Assembly (NCBI GenBank): GCA_024137785.1
Contig: JAHRHZ010000085.1
Span: 2,529,488-2,575,106, forward strand
Origin: Ginglymostoma cirratum
Lineage: Eukaryota
Direction of reading: 5' to 3'
DNA length: 45,619 nt
Made by a program: the position numbers and the translations under genes. The notes under the pieces are model-generated. The model ran no database searches and was not told the DNA's origin. It saw nothing but the letters and a program-made list of their open reading frames with translations. Below, piece after piece: positions 1 to 12,972 of this stretch (the stretch's first letter is position 1; every line of letters begins with the position of its first letter).

Positions 1-71
1 GACCTGCTGTGTTCATCCAGCCCCATGCTTGTTATCTCGGATTCTCCAGCATCTGCAGTACCTTTTATCTC
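1..71 (+). repeat. Penelope-tail-derived short repeat (3' arm only; window edge)
   Basis: gacctgctgtgttcatccagc...ctccagcatctgcagt...tatctct matches copies at ~2060-2150, 28240-28330 (reverse complement) and 38735-38810 (reverse complement). Confidence 0.7.
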
Positions 72-615
72 TAACACACCATATGCCTTCTTAACAGCAA
101 TATCAACCTGGCTGGCAACTTTCAGGGATCTATGTACCTGGACACCAAGATCCCTCTGCACATCCGCACTACCAAGAATCTTTCCATTGACCCAGTCTTC
201 TGCCTTCCTATTATTGTTCCCAAAGTGCATCACGTCACATTTGTCTGCAATGAACTCCATTTGCCACCTTTCAGCCCACGTCTGCAGTTTATCCAGTTCT
301 CCCTGCAACCTGCAACATTCTTCCACACTGTCCACCACTCCACCGACTTTAGTGTCATCTGCAAACATACTAACCCATCCACCTATGTCTGTGTCCAAGT
401 CATTTATAAAAATGACAAACAGCAGTGGTCCCAAAACAGATCCTTGTGGCACACCGCTAGTAACCGGACTCCAGGCTGAATATTTTCCATCAACCACCAC
501 TTTTTGCGTTCTTTCAGAAAGCCAGTTTCTAATCCAAACTGCTAAATCTCCCTCAATCCCATGCCTCTGAATTTTCTCCAATAGCCTACCATGTGGAACC
601 TTATCAAAGGCTTTA
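72..615 (-). mobile_element. CR1 LINE ORF2 reverse transcriptase fragment
   Basis: Minus strand reads KAFDKVPHGRLL...SGVPQGSVLGPLLFVIFINDLD...MFADDTK...RDLGVQV, which are canonical CR1 RT motifs. Confidence 0.92.
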
Positions 616-839
616 CTTTCATCATTTACCTATTTCTCTAGATTTGAGACATTTTGTTTCTGACTGCATACAGATCAGTTGAACAAAGAGGCAGCAAAAT
701 TGAAATGCTGAGATTTTATGTACTATATTGATCATATGTCTAAGGCAGTACAGTTGAGAATAATGCACTTGACATTTTAACCTGTGTATCTTCAGTTTAC
801 ATTGCAACTCCAAAATTTGAATGTCTATTAACATTACAG

Positions 840-953
840 ATTTTGCCTCTAACATCAGTGTTACTATGGCCGCTGGTTGTGCTGCTGGTGCACTTGCAAT
901 TCTAATATTGGTCGCGATGATTGTCAAGAGTTTTCTGTTCTTTACATCCAAAG
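840..953 (+). CDS. Gene A (SIRP-like ITIM receptor paralog, 5' part outside window): transmembrane exon
   Basis: cag|...AAAG|gtaaga, 114 nt, phase 1-1; (D)FASNISVTMAAGCAAGALAILILVAMIVKSFLFFTSK. Same length and phase as, and homologous to, gene B TM exon 25910-26023. Confidence 0.88.
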
Positions 954-1372
954 GTAAGAACATGGATAAAATGTCTCATGAAAAGTAATATAATTGGGAA
1001 CTGAACTTCTGAACTGTATAATTTAAGCAACTATTTTACGAGAAAACTCTTTCAAACATATACCTTGCTTCACAATAAATTATCAAATAAGAAGATTTGC
1101 AGTTTTCATTTTGCAAAGTTGTATTGGTGTCGATCAAAATTGTGATGATGAAATTCATTGCTGAAAGAAGTTTCCATAGCTTCAACCCTCAAAACATAAA
1201 TTCAAAGCCACTGCGTATAACGTTTAGAGCTACATTGCAAAACTGTTGGTCCTATTGTACCCTGTTTATAATTGCCAAATACTAGTTGATTTGCTTTTGG
1301 TTTCTTTAATTTGCTGAGAAGTACAAGTATCAACTGCATTTTTTGCCAACGTAAGTCATTTTTATTTCTCAG

Positions 1373-1419
1373 GACGAGGAAAGAAAAAGTCAATAAATCC
1401 AACTCAACATGAATATGTG
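1373..1419 (+). CDS. Gene A: first cytoplasmic exon
   Basis: tttctcag|...GTG|gtgagg, 47 nt, phase 1-0; (G)RGKKKSINPTQHEYV, homologous to gene B GSKEKVRNPTQHKVE. Confidence 0.85.
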
Positions 1420-1979
1420 GTGAGGCAAATTTCCTTTGTTCTGTCTATTTTGATTTTCAAGTTGAGTTGAACAATTCAAACTGGGAACCCAAATATATAT
1501 TCCCAACATGTCAAGATAAGTCTTGAATATGTCCTCAGCTCTTAGAAGCACAATTTCAGATGAATAAAACCAAGTTAAAGTAATTAAAAATTGTAGGAAG
1601 TTTCACAAACCGTTGTAACTATTTTAAATAGTCAGAGATGTGTATAAATATGTGAGCTATATCAGTTAACATACGCTGCCACTTTCAATTGTCATTCGTA
1701 GGTTTGAAGCTGACGAAAAGTTTTGATTTTTCTTTTCTTTCATTTCTAATAAGTGACAGTGTGCTGAATAATTTTGCCGCATTGATTACAGAGATCATAA
1801 TCGATTACATTGGGCTGATGATTATTTTGAACAGTAGGTTTCTAGTTGCAAAGAGAGGTGGATGTTCTCTCCTTCCCTTCTATGCTGTTCAAACTTAACT
1901 CATCAATTAGTCTGAGTTCAGTGATTATGAGTGACTTCGTCTGAGCACCTGTACTAAAGAACTGAATATATTCTGCAGA

Positions 1980-2150
1980 CAGATTGCACAGGTTGGAGGA
2001 ACACAACAGGTCAGGTAGCATCAGAGGAGCAGGAAAGTTGATGTTTCAGGTCAACCTTCGCACTCCTCTGATGTTGCCTAGCCTGCCTTGTTCTACCCGC
2101 ACCACACTGTGTTGTCTCTGACTCCAGCATCTGCAGTTCTTGCTATCTCT
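1980..2150. repeat. Fold-back mini-element derived from a Penelope tail
   Basis: Left arm (...caggtagcatcagaggagc) is the imperfect reverse complement of the right arm (cactcctctgatgttgcctagcctg...); the centre holds a decayed hammerhead remnant. Confidence 0.7.
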
Positions 2151-3931
2151 GAGTTTGCACAAATTGGCTTCCTTCGACAACTTTTACTGTAGGCTGTCCC
2201 TCTGCTAGTGCAACATGCGACAGCGCCACGCGACCTTGAAACTGAAATAGATGAGCTATTGTGAGGAAAACTTCTCTCATTTTTAATTTTCAAAAAGTGG
2301 ATATCAGTTACATGTGAGAGGAAACTCTGTGGCATCTGAAAAGGAGCAAGTGGGACTAATTCAGGAATCACTGAGAACAATTTGTTAAAACTTGTAAAAA
2401 TGTGAATCTTTGTTGCCGACTTCAGAGTGTGCAATTGAATTACATATGTGGCTCTTGACTGCGATTGAATGCAGTGCATACCAGCAGATTTAATCCACTT
2501 AAATACATTTTTAAAACAGTTCAAGTCTTTAAATCAATTCAACAGCATTTTTGTCTCAGCCTCAGTCAGGATCTGAATTTGCTTTCTAAAAAAATTTTCA
2601 CCAAGATCCCTCCCTGACAACAATGTAGCTAAATTACCTGGACTGCATGAAGTCATGAAAATTGATTCACTATTGGGACCTTAATAGGAAGCAGTTATTG
2701 GCACCAAATACATGGCCCTGTCACCAAGGCTCCCATGCCACTTAAAATAGTTTGCGGTGCAAAAAAGACTCACTTCTGTATTGGAAGTGAGACAAAAGTA
2801 AAACTTGTTTCTTGGAGGTCTTGAGAAAACCAGGACAAAGTCTTTACTCCTTGTCTGTATGTCTTTCTGTGAAATATTGCAGCTGCACTGTTGTAGGTAA
2901 TGGAATAAAGTCCTCTGATGTCCAGGTGCAATGCTTAGCCTGTCTTTTATTGTTTCATGAACAGTGGATCACATCAAAAGAGAAGACAAAATTTTCTATG
3001 ATTGCGAAATACCTCACAGAAGACCAAAGGTTACCTTTTACAGCAATGAAATATTGTGGCTTACTTTTCGGACTTGTCGCATTTTTTCATTGTCACTAAC
3101 CTGAACTTGTTCCTCCCTAAATTGTTTACACATTTTCTAACCTCAAACATCAATAATTTGCTTTAAAAATACTGTCAGGCATCAAGTGTATCCTGCAAAT
3201 TATTTGAAAATGCGCTGCCCATTGGTCGTCATTTCAGACTTCAGTGGCATTATTTATTACCATTTATATAGCCTGTCGAAATAATTACCTTCCTTTATTC
3301 ATAAGGGAACCGGGTGATTCTAAAATTAATTTTCCAGTAGCAGTGATAAGTACAGTTGTTCCTTATCTCTAAATGACTTACTAATATACCTAATTTAACG
3401 TGAGGGAATATTCAGTCAAAACCCACATCATACAGGTTTGTATGGATGAAAGGCGATATTAATTTATTTCAAGTAATTGCCACTTATAATTTTACTTTTA
3501 CCTGTGAATTTTTATCGTCATTAAACAAACACAGACATATTTATTTTTGTTTCATTTTAAAAACAGCACTGCATTCTCAATTTGTAGCAGAATGTAATAA
3601 AACAGAATGTCACCTATCAGAATTTGAAAACCTAATTAAATTGAACTCATGTGTACAACGTTTTCTTCTGCATAATTGCAGCATTTGCCTGGTTACTTTA
3701 AATTAAAACTACAATAATATCAATAATATTGAAACAATGTTTGCTTGTTTTGATTAAGTGTGATGTTCCTGGCAAGAAACAGTTCAAAGTGAGAAACTGT
3801 GAAGTGTTATGATTGTAATGAAGTGCTAGTACAGTCAGTACATCAAACTAATTGTTCACGTTAAGAACATACGTTTGTCGCTTGACTCTAAACTAAAATA
3901 ACCTAATAAGTATTAAACCTTGACTTTCTAG

Positions 3932-4042
3932 AGAAAACAAGAGATGCCTGAGGATAAGCTAACATACGCTGCTCTGAATCTAGTTGGTTCTGAGGATGGC
4001 ATAATGCCTTAAAATCAGAAAGAAATCACAGGACATGCAGAG
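3932..4042 (+). CDS. Gene A: second cytoplasmic exon (ITIM LTYAAL; in-frame TAA at 4010-4012)
   Basis: ttctag|AGAAAACAAGAG...GCAGAG|gtacat, 111 nt, phase 0-0; RKQEMPEDKLTYAALNLVGSEDGIMP*NQKEITGHAE. Collinear with gene B exon 21645-21755. Confidence 0.85.
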
Positions 4043-4185
4043 GTACATTGCAGATCATATGTGTAAAGTATCAGTTCATTCGTCATAATGAGTTGATTTG
4101 GAGATGATGTTGACAATTGCTTTGTGTTATTTTCATCCAGAATGGTTTAAATGAATGGTAATTCAGTCTCAATGTTACTTTTCAG

Positions 4186-4314
4186 ACAAAACAGGGTATG
4201 ACAGATAGCAGGCTGACTTACCTTGCTCTGAAATTCAGTGATTCCTGTAAATCATCGAAACCCAAGCAACAAGAAAAAAGTTCAGTGTATGCAGCAGTGA
4301 CAAGCAGCCACTAA
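4186..4314 (+). CDS. Gene A: terminal cytoplasmic exon (ITIMs LTYLAL, SVYAAV)
   Basis: ttttcag|ACA...CACTAA, 129 nt; TKQGMTDSRLTYLALKFSDSCKSSKPKQQEKSSVYAAVTSSH*. Same length as the gene B terminal exon. Confidence 0.82.
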   Translation, partial: TKQGMTDSRLTYLALKFSDSCKSSKPKQQEKSSVYAAVTSSH

Positions 4315-5139
4315 ATTGGGCAAATGAAAGGAGGCTTAAAAGATAGAAGCAGAGATTGCATCACAGAGGTGTCATGTTTCTTATCAATTTTAAGCTGTTA
4401 TTTTCCTCATGTACGTCTGTCGTAAGGTTGCAAAACTGTACATTAATTTCTTCGCTTCATGTAATGTCACCTGGATCCATTTCATTTCACCTTGAAAATT
4501 CATGCAACCGTTACAACTAACAATCTCAATTCAGTTATTTCCAACTGGTAAGGTTCTACGTAGTCTCTTTCAAGCTGCACGAAGTTCGACCTATTCAACA
4601 TTAAAATTATTATTAAGTATTTTTCTGTTGTGGTTGTATATCAGCAGATCTTTATATTTCCACCTGTATTGGTAACATGATATTTTCATTCCCTTTCTGC
4701 AGTCACTGCATTTTGACCTCGAAATGATGGGCTTTACCGTGACAAATGTTCACAAGGTTTCTGTTGGTTAATTGTCTTTAACTTGTTTTTGTTTCACTTT
4801 TTCTGGCATGAATTGATAGTTCATTCTGCTTCCATTGTGGCAGTAGTTTTAATGCTGTTTGTCCTCTTGCTGTTATTATGACAATGGTCGTGTTGATTCT
4901 TAAATATCCAAAAGGCTGAAGAGATCCAATTGCTAATCTGCCTAATATTTTGATGGTTCATTTTGCTCAGTTAATTTGCTTAAATTAATAATTGGCAGTT
5001 TCTTCTTCAAATTTTAATTCAATGTAGAGTGGCACTGTGCCCACACAGAGCAGACCATTCTTGATCCCCCATTGTTTAGCATTGCACTCTCATTGTAATA
5101 TGATATAGTAGGACGAGATGGAATGGCTCGTGAATGGAA

Positions 5140-5398
5140 TCTTAGAATCCCTACAGTGTGGAAAAACAGCCCAAAAAGACCACACTGACCCTCAGAGCAT
5201 CATACCCAGACCCATCTCCCGAATCCAAAGATCTCTGAAACGTATGGGCAATGTAGCATGGCCAATCCACTGAGCATGCACATCTTTTGACTGCAGGAGG
5301 AAACTGGACCACCCAGAGGAAAATCACACAGACATAGGGAGAATGTGCAAACACCACACAGACAGTCACCTGAGGGTGGAATTGAACCCAGGACCCTC
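5140..5398 (-). mobile_element. HE1-type elasmobranch SINE
   Basis: Reverse complement has a tRNA-like B box (gggttcaattcc), the tgtctgtgtgg...tttgcacattctccc core and a CR1-like tail. Confidence 0.8.
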
Positions 5399-5850
5399 GG
5401 CCTCCTCTAGGTCACAATGACACCACCTGGAAACTGGAGGAGCAGTCTTGGAACATGAACAGCCTCATGTTCCACCTTGGTAGCCTGCAGCCCAATGGTC
5501 TCAACGTGGACTTTACCAGTTTCAAAATCTCCCCACCCCCAGCCTCATCCCATGACCAACCTTCCCTCTCATCCTTGCCTCCTTGACGTGACACAACCTT
5601 TCCATCTTCTCTCCCACCTATCCGCTCCTCCCACTTCACTGACAAATTCCCACAATTGCCTCCCTGCATTCATCTATCACCATCCCACCTACCTTCACCA
5701 GCCCCACCCCTCCCCTCTCCATTTCTTTCAGAGCTCTCTTCCCACTTCCCCCATTTCTGAGGAAAGGGTCTAACCCAAAACGTCAACGGTCCTGCTACTC
5801 TGATGTTGCCTGGCCCGCTGTGTTCCTCCAGGTCCACACTGTGTTATCCC
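5399..5850 (+). mobile_element. Penelope-like element 3' end (GIY-YIG C-terminus plus tail with decayed hammerhead)
   Basis: LMFHLGSLQPNGLNVDFTSFKI, then a C/T-rich tract and ctgaggaaagggtctaacccaaaacgtc at ~5757-5784. Confidence 0.8.
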
Positions 5851-5879
5851 TAAATTCAAAGCATTCCTGGATCTCAATC

Positions 5880-8850
5880 TCCAGGGAATGAAAACACAAA
5901 TATTGCACAAGACAACATTTAACCACCAACGAACAAATGTACATTGAAGCCAGACCACAAAGTGTTAACTGAAGATGATAAACTGAACGGGTTGTATCGA
6001 AAAGCGTACATAGAAGAAGAATTTGAGTGTATTCCCAAATGTTACTATCTTAAAAATGATGTCTTACTGAACAAATAGAGACCATTACATATTCAGGCAG
6101 ATGAGAAATGAGCAGAGGTTCATTCGGTCGTATTATCACTGGGTTATAGAATGCAGGTGTTGCGGGTAGAGCATGAATTACTAGTTGGAGGTCATTTAGG
6201 GGTAAGAAAAACTCAAGCCAAAATTCAAAGCCATTTTTACTGACCTGGATTGCAAAAGGATGTTGTTGAGTTTTGCCAGACATGTTATACATGTCAGGTA
6301 ATTGGAGAACCTCAGGCAGTAATAAAGCCAGCACCTTTAATATCCATTCTTGCATTTGTGGAAAATTTCACAAGGGTCTTAATTGATGGAGTAGGATCCC
6401 TACCTAAAACAAAAAGTACGAATGAGAATTTGTTGACAACAACGGATGTGTGCACAGATATCCACAGGCCATTCCATTATGCAATATCACAGCAAAAAGG
6501 ATTATAGAAGTGTTACCCACAGAGATGTAATGAGATCAAGGGTCAAATTTTACATCAATATTGTTCAGGGAAATTATGGAGAGCTTAGGAATAAAACATT
6601 CCAAATCCATTGCATACCATTCTGATTAAAAGGGAGCATTAGAAAGCTGGGTATCAAACTTTACAGACCATGTTAAGGACTTATAGTCAAGACTATTCAA
6701 ACGAAATAGATAAATAATTTTGTTTGGACTTTTTGAAATTCGGGATGTACCAAATGAATCGACCAAGTTCAGTCCATTGGAATTAGTTTTTGGGCATGAG
6801 ATGAGAGGATCACTGAAATTTATTCAGGAGAAATTGATGAATCAAAATTCAGAGATCACATATTTGGACTGTGTGTCAAAATTTAGGGAATAATTAAATA
6901 GAGCAGGGGAGTTGGCCAGACAACATTTAAAAGTAGCACAGCATATGATGAAGCAGAAAGTAGACAAAAAAAATCAAAATTTTGCAACTTTGCGAACAGA
7001 GATGAAGAGTTAGTGTTACTTCCAGTGACGGTGAACCTTTAAAGGGAAGGTTTCGCAGAGCTTATCAAACCGAAGGGAGATTGAGTGATGTGAATTATTT
7101 GATAAGGATTTCAGATAGAAAGAAATCTCACAGAGTATATCATGTGAATATACTAAAAGGATATTTTGGGAGGGAATGTAAGCAAAAGGAGAATGTTTTA
7201 CTGCTGACAACACAAAGTGAAGAACAAAGTTAAGAGAATTCTGAATTGTACATTCCTCTAATTAATTTGGATAATGAGGAAGTTCTCAGAAATTGGGATT
7301 AATTACTGTGTTACTTTCCAGAGGGAAATCAAAATGACCTGAAAGAATTAATACTATTGCATGGGGAGATATGTGGGAATATAATGAGAAGTACTAATTT
7401 GATTATGCATGATGTAGATATAAGAAATGCTGTTCTAATTAAGGAACATTCTCATAGACTTATCCCTCTAAAGTTGTCACAGGTTCAAAAAGAGATTGAA
7501 CACATGCTCCAAGACAACATAATCAAAGCGAGTTGCAGTGACTGGAGCTCACCCATAGTAATGGTGCCTAAAGCAGGTAGTACCCAATGACTCAGTGTAG
7601 GCTATTGCAAAGTCAATGCAGTAACAACGTCTGATTCCTATCCAATTCCAAGTTTGGAAGACTGTATTGAGAAGGTGGGATAAGCAACTTATATTTCCAA
7701 GTTGGACTTACTCAGAGGATACTGGCAGGTACTTTTATCCGAAAGAGTGAAGACAATTTCAGCTTTCATCCCACCAAATGTACTATACCAATTTACATTC
7801 ATGACACTTAGTATTAAAAATGCACCAGCTACATATCAAAGACCAACTAGGAAAGTCATTTCTGGATTACGCAGTTGTGTGGGAAACATCAACGACCTGG
7901 TGATATTTAGTCACACGTGGAACGAACATTTGCAGCGTTTATCAGAATTATTTGATCAACTTTGGGAGGCAGGCTTGGTGATAAATCCGGCTAAGAGTGA
8001 ATTTGCCAAAGCTCAAGTCACATTCCTGGGACATGTTATCGGACATGGACAGATGGCCCCACTGAATGTGAAAATAAAGGTTATTGAGGAGATTCCCATA
8101 ACATCGTTGAAGAGATCAGCACTACAATTCCTGGGATTGAATGGGTTTGAATAGAAATTCAAATTTTAGCAGTATGATTTCTCCACTGGCTGACTTATTG
8201 GGGAAATGCAGAAAATTTCAGGGATGGCAGACTGTCGGAAGACATTGATAGCCTGAAAGCTGTGTTAACCACAGCCCCAGTGTCAGCCACCTTTCAAGGT
8301 GGCTGTCGATGTGAGTGATGTGGGTGTCAGTGCTGTACTCCTCCAAGAAGATAAAGATAAGATAGAAGAACCTATCAGGTATTTCTCCAGGAAACTGAAT
8401 ATTCATCAACAGATATATTCCATGATTGAGAAGGAGACCTTGAGCTTGGTGGTGGCGTTATGGTATTTCAACATTCCTATTTTCAGTAATGTGTCTGAGA
8501 CAATTGTCTACACTGATCAGAACCCACTAAAGTTTTTGGAGCAATTTCAGGACAAGAATTCCTGACTGTTTAGATGGAGCTTATTATTTCAGCCATTCAA
8601 TTTGAAAATGACACACATGGATGGAGGAGAAATCGTAATTGCTGACATGTTGTCACACCTTGGATGAAGAAAGACGGAGGCATTTGGTGGCAGGAGTGAA
8701 CGGACTGAAATAAAATGTGGTAGTGAATGTTTGCTTGCTGAGATTCAATGTAATGTACGTATATCCTAGTGTACTAATAGAGTAAGACCAAGGAATTTCA
8801 ATTGAAGCCATTGTTGTTCATTGATTGTTCATGATTTTTAAGGGTGGAGG
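5880..8850 (+). mobile_element. Degenerate Ty3/Gypsy pol of Gmr1 type (INT-RT-RH order)
   Basis: Integrase Zn-finger/core (GGHLG...CQTCYTCQVIG...LIDGVGSLPKTKS, ~6180-6800) precedes RT (WSSPIVMVPK, DLLRGYWQV, KNAPATYQR, INDLVIFS, 7350-8150) and RNase H (VDVSDVGVSAVLLQ, IEKETL, YTDQNPL, 8300-8660); many stops and frameshifts. Confidence 0.88.
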
Positions 8851-9225
8851 TGTGACAATGCTGTCACTTTAAAAAGGTTATTTTGTCCTCGGTTTTTTGG
8901 AAAAGAGGTTGTAAAGACAGAGGTGAAAAAGAGTCTAAGGAGTAACAGTTTAACAATGAATGGAAACAGTTCTGCCAGTTCAGGTTTTTTCTAGTTTTTT
9001 TGGCCGTAGCAGTCACAAGATGTTTTGAGTACCAGAAGTGTTGCAGGCTTCAGTCAAGGATTCTTCTGACTTTCTCTGAAATCTCTGTCTGGATGTTGTT
9101 CCGGCCTGTCTGTAAGAATCTGGGTTTTAATTTACCTTTTTGCCAGGGGGTGTGTTTAGGGGACATGACTATGTTGGAACAGTTAATTAGTGAAGTTGCT
9201 ATTTCAGGTCAGATAGGTTTTTACA
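8851..9225 (+). repeat. Partial 3' LTR of the Gypsy element
   Basis: Polypurine tract aagggtggagg is followed immediately by TG (tgtgacaatg); truncated by a SINE-like piece at ~9225. Confidence 0.6.
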
Positions 9226-9744
9226 CCTGGGTCCCTGGCGGTGTGAGGAGCAGTGCGAATCTCTGAGCCACCATGCCTTCTCCTCCTCTCTCTCACAGTC
9301 TCTACTCCTGTGGAGATCAAGTTCTTGTTTAATACTTCATCTTCCTCTGCTTTTTAGCTTCAGTTGGAAATGTTGGTAAATAATTTGAAATTCTGCATCA
9401 TTCCTTGGACTTCCATCTGCAATATATTGATGATCTTTCTCAGTTTAGCATTAGCCAAGTTTTCAGTTATCTACTGTTATATATTCCATTTCGACAAAAC
9501 TCTTAGCAGCGTTCAAAATCATCTTCAAAATTCACAAAATTCACGAAATTGCTTTCCTGTGGTGAGATTTACTGATCAGAATAAACACATACCAGTTACT
9601 TATAAAAAACACTGTTCACTTTAAAATCCAAGGAATTTAATCCCATGATTGCCATCACTTATTATGACCCCAGTGATGTTATTCGTGAACCTATCTGGTC
9701 ACAGGCTGAAACTGGCTCGATTGATCACATCAATGATAGGAGAG

Positions 9745-12700
9745 ATGATGGCCTTGTGGTGTTATCTGGACTGGTAATCTGAAGATCCAGATAATATTCT
9801 GGGCACCTCATTCTGAATCCTGCCATGGTAGATGATAGAACTTGAGTTCAATGCAAATCTGTTGTTCCTCAAGTGGTTTGGACAAAACAATTGTCAATTT
9901 CCAGGAAAGTTCCTTCTGATGCTTTTTATGGCACAAAGCTACTGTGGTCATGTTACCTGAGGTCCACAGAAACGTGTTTGAATCTGTAGTGACCTCAGAA
10001 CCACTCAATTGTAACAATCATGAAAAGATCACAAATAGAAATAAAACCAGAGAGATCACTTGGCATCAACCTAGGTACTGAGAATGACAACAGCAAAAAC
10101 TGCTCTGTTGGTCCTCCTGACAAAAAGTTGGGGATTGGTGAAAAATATTAAGGAGACTGTGTCATTAACGAGTCAAGAAACAGCCTGACACAGTTATATT
10201 CAGGGAATCATACCTTACAGACAATGTCCCAGCTACCACCATCACAACCTCACAGGTAGGACAGGTACAGCCGAGGTGGAAACACAGTGGTGTACAGTGG
10301 CCAGGAGTCCTTAACATTGACTCCAGATACCATGATGTGTCAATGCATCAGGTGAAACCTGGGCAAGGAAATCTCCCTGGGCCGTTGAAACAGTGTTCCA
10401 TTATGGCCAGACTCGTGACGAGCACTTGGGTGCAGAATGTCCTGTGGGTGGGGAATTTCAATATCCACCACAAAGAGCAGTCACAGCAGCATGACGGATC
10501 GGGCTGTTCGATACCAAAAGGACATTGCTGTTAGAGGGGGTCTACTGCAGGTTATGACAAAACCAACAAGAGGAAAAAGCATTATTGATCTCATCCTTAC
10601 CAATCTGTCCATCACAGGTTCATCTGTTCATGACATTCTCAGTCGAATGACCACTGCACAGTCATTGTGGAGACAAAGTCCTGCCTTCACATTGAGAATA
10701 GCCTTCTTTGTGTTGTGTGTTACTATCACCGTATGATAGGGACATCGGAACAGATCCAACTCTCAACACTGGGGGTCCACAAGACACAGTGGGCCATCAG
10801 CAGCAGCAGAATTGTACTTCAACACAATCTACAACCTTATGGCCTGGCACAGCTTCCCTTAACCAGTGCTATCAAGCCAGGGGTTCAACCCTGGTTCAAT
10901 GGAGAGTGCAGGAGGGCATGCTGGGAGTAGCACCAGGCATAGATAAAAACGAGGTATCAAGTTGGTGAGGCTACCAAACACGACTACTTGTATGCCAAAC
11001 ATGATAAGCAATCTCACAACCATTGGATCAGATCTAAGCTCTTCAGTCCTGCCTCATCCAGTCATTGTAGTGGCTCTTTATTTCTTATTTGTTCATTCAT
11101 TCACAGGATGAGGGGGTTGCTGGCTAGGCCAGCATTTATTCTTGATCCCTAATTGCCCAGAGGACAGTTGAGACTCAACCACATTGCTGCTGGTCTGGAG
11201 TCAGATGTAAGCCAGATAATATAAGGATGGCAGTTTCCTTCCCGAAAGAGCATTAGTGAACTGAAGGGGTTTTCTAACCATCGGCAATGGGTTCACGATC
11301 TTCGTCAGACTCCTAATTGCAGGCATTTATTGAATTCAATATGTCAGGGCAGGATTCAAACCCTTGTCCCTGGAACATTACCTGGGTCTCTGGATTAACA
11401 GTCCAGCGATAATACCACTAGGCCATTGCCTCTCCTGAGGCTAATGTGGACACTTAAACAACTCACTCACAGGAAGGAGGAGGCCTCACAGGTATCTTCA
11501 TAGTCAATGATGAAAGAGCCTGGTGCATCAGTGTAAATGATAAGGCTGAAGGATATGCTGTAGCATTCATCGGAAGTGCCTCATGGGTGATCCTTCTCGG
11601 CCTCCTGTAGAGGTCTCCACCATCACCGATGCCAGACTTAACCTCCATGTGATATCAGGAAACAATGATATTGACCTAATAACATTCCAACAGTATTACT
11701 AATGACAGATGTTACAAAAATTGACACACCCCAAGCCAAGCTGTTCCAGAATAGCTACAAATACCTAACAACATGGAAAATTGTCCCAGTAATTTCATGC
11801 ACCAAAAGCAGCACAAATCCAACCCGATCAATTATTGTGCCATGCATACAGCCGATCAGCAGTGAAGTGATGGAAGGTATCGACAACAGTATTCTCAAGT
11901 AGCATCTGCTGAGCAATGACCTGCTCTGTGATACTCAGTTTGCTGAGGGGCACTCAGCTCCTCAACTTCTGACAGCCTGGGTTCAAACATGGACAAATGA
12001 GCTGAATTGCAGAGCTGAGGTGAGAGTGACAGCACTTGACATCCAGGCTACATTTGGCTGAGAGTTGCATCAAGGGCCCATAGCAAACATGGAATCAATG
12101 GGAATTGGGGGATAAATCTCCATTGATTGGAGACACACATGGCACAAGGCAAGATGTTTGTGGTGGTCGAACGTCAGTCACTCCCCATCCAGGAATTTCT
12201 GCAGGAGATCCTCAGGGTCTTTTCCGAGGACCAGTCTTCTACACCTGTTTCACCAATGATCTTTCCTCCATCATAAAATGAGAACTAAGGACATTCATTC
12301 ATGAACTCACAACATTTAGGACCATTCATTTCTCGGATACTGAAACAGTCTACATGTGAATTCAACAAGATCTCTACAGTATCCACTTTGAGTGAATAAA
12401 TAGGAAGAAACATTTGCTCCAGACAAATGTCAGACAATGGCCATCTCCAAAATGAAACAATCAAAATATTGTCCCACAATATTCAAGGTCATTTCCATCA
12501 CTGAATCCTTCACTAGCAACACCCTGGGATTTAGCATTGTCCAGAAACTGAACTGGACGAGCCGTTTAAATACAATAGGAATCTGCAGTGAGTAATTCAT
12601 CTCTTGACTCTAAAAAGACCATTCACCATCTACAAGGTATAAGTCAACAGTGTGTTGGAATGTCCCCACTTGCCTGGATGAGTGCAGAACCACATCCCTC

Positions 12701-12830
12701 CCCAGAACAAAGCAACCCACTTGTTTGTCAACCCACAAATATATACTCCCTCCAGTACTGATGCTCAGTAACGTCAGTGTGTTTCATTCACAAGATGCAC
12801 TGTAGAAATACAGTAAAATTCCTTAGATTT
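9745..12830 (+). mobile_element. Highly decayed CR1/L2-clade LINE (APE endonuclease plus RT)
   Basis: VLWVGNFNIHH, PTRGKSIIDLILTN and KPGVQPWFN (endonuclease/linker); decayed ALDIQATF-type RT remnants at 12000-12700. Confidence 0.75.
11085..11435 (-). mobile_element. SINE inserted into the LINE
   Basis: Reverse complement starts gaggcaatggcctagtggtattatcgctggactgttaatccagagaccc (tRNA-like head) and ends ataaatgctggcctagccagc...gaatgaa; LINE sequence resumes on both sides. Confidence 0.7.
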
Positions 12831-12935
12831 CACAAATAAAAACCAAAAGAACTGCAGATGCTGTAAATCGGGAACAAAACAAAGTTGCTGGAAAAGCTCA
12901 GCAGGTCTGGCAGCATCTGTGGAAGATAAAACAGC

Positions 12936-12972
12936 GTTAAAGTTTCGGGTCCAGTGACCCTTCCTCAGAACT
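12936..12972 (-). ncRNA. Minimal type I hammerhead ribozyme motif
   Basis: Minus strand: agtt-CUGAGGA-a-GGGUC-acug-GACCC-GAAA-cuuu-aac; conserved core and a perfect 5-bp stem II; stem III mutated. Confidence 0.65.

Noticed and set aside
25-570. 181-aa plus-strand ORF
   Set aside because: Antisense shadow of the CR1 RT on the minus strand.
622-963. 113-aa minus-strand ORF
   Set aside because: Antisense to the gene A TM exon plus intron; no independent motif.
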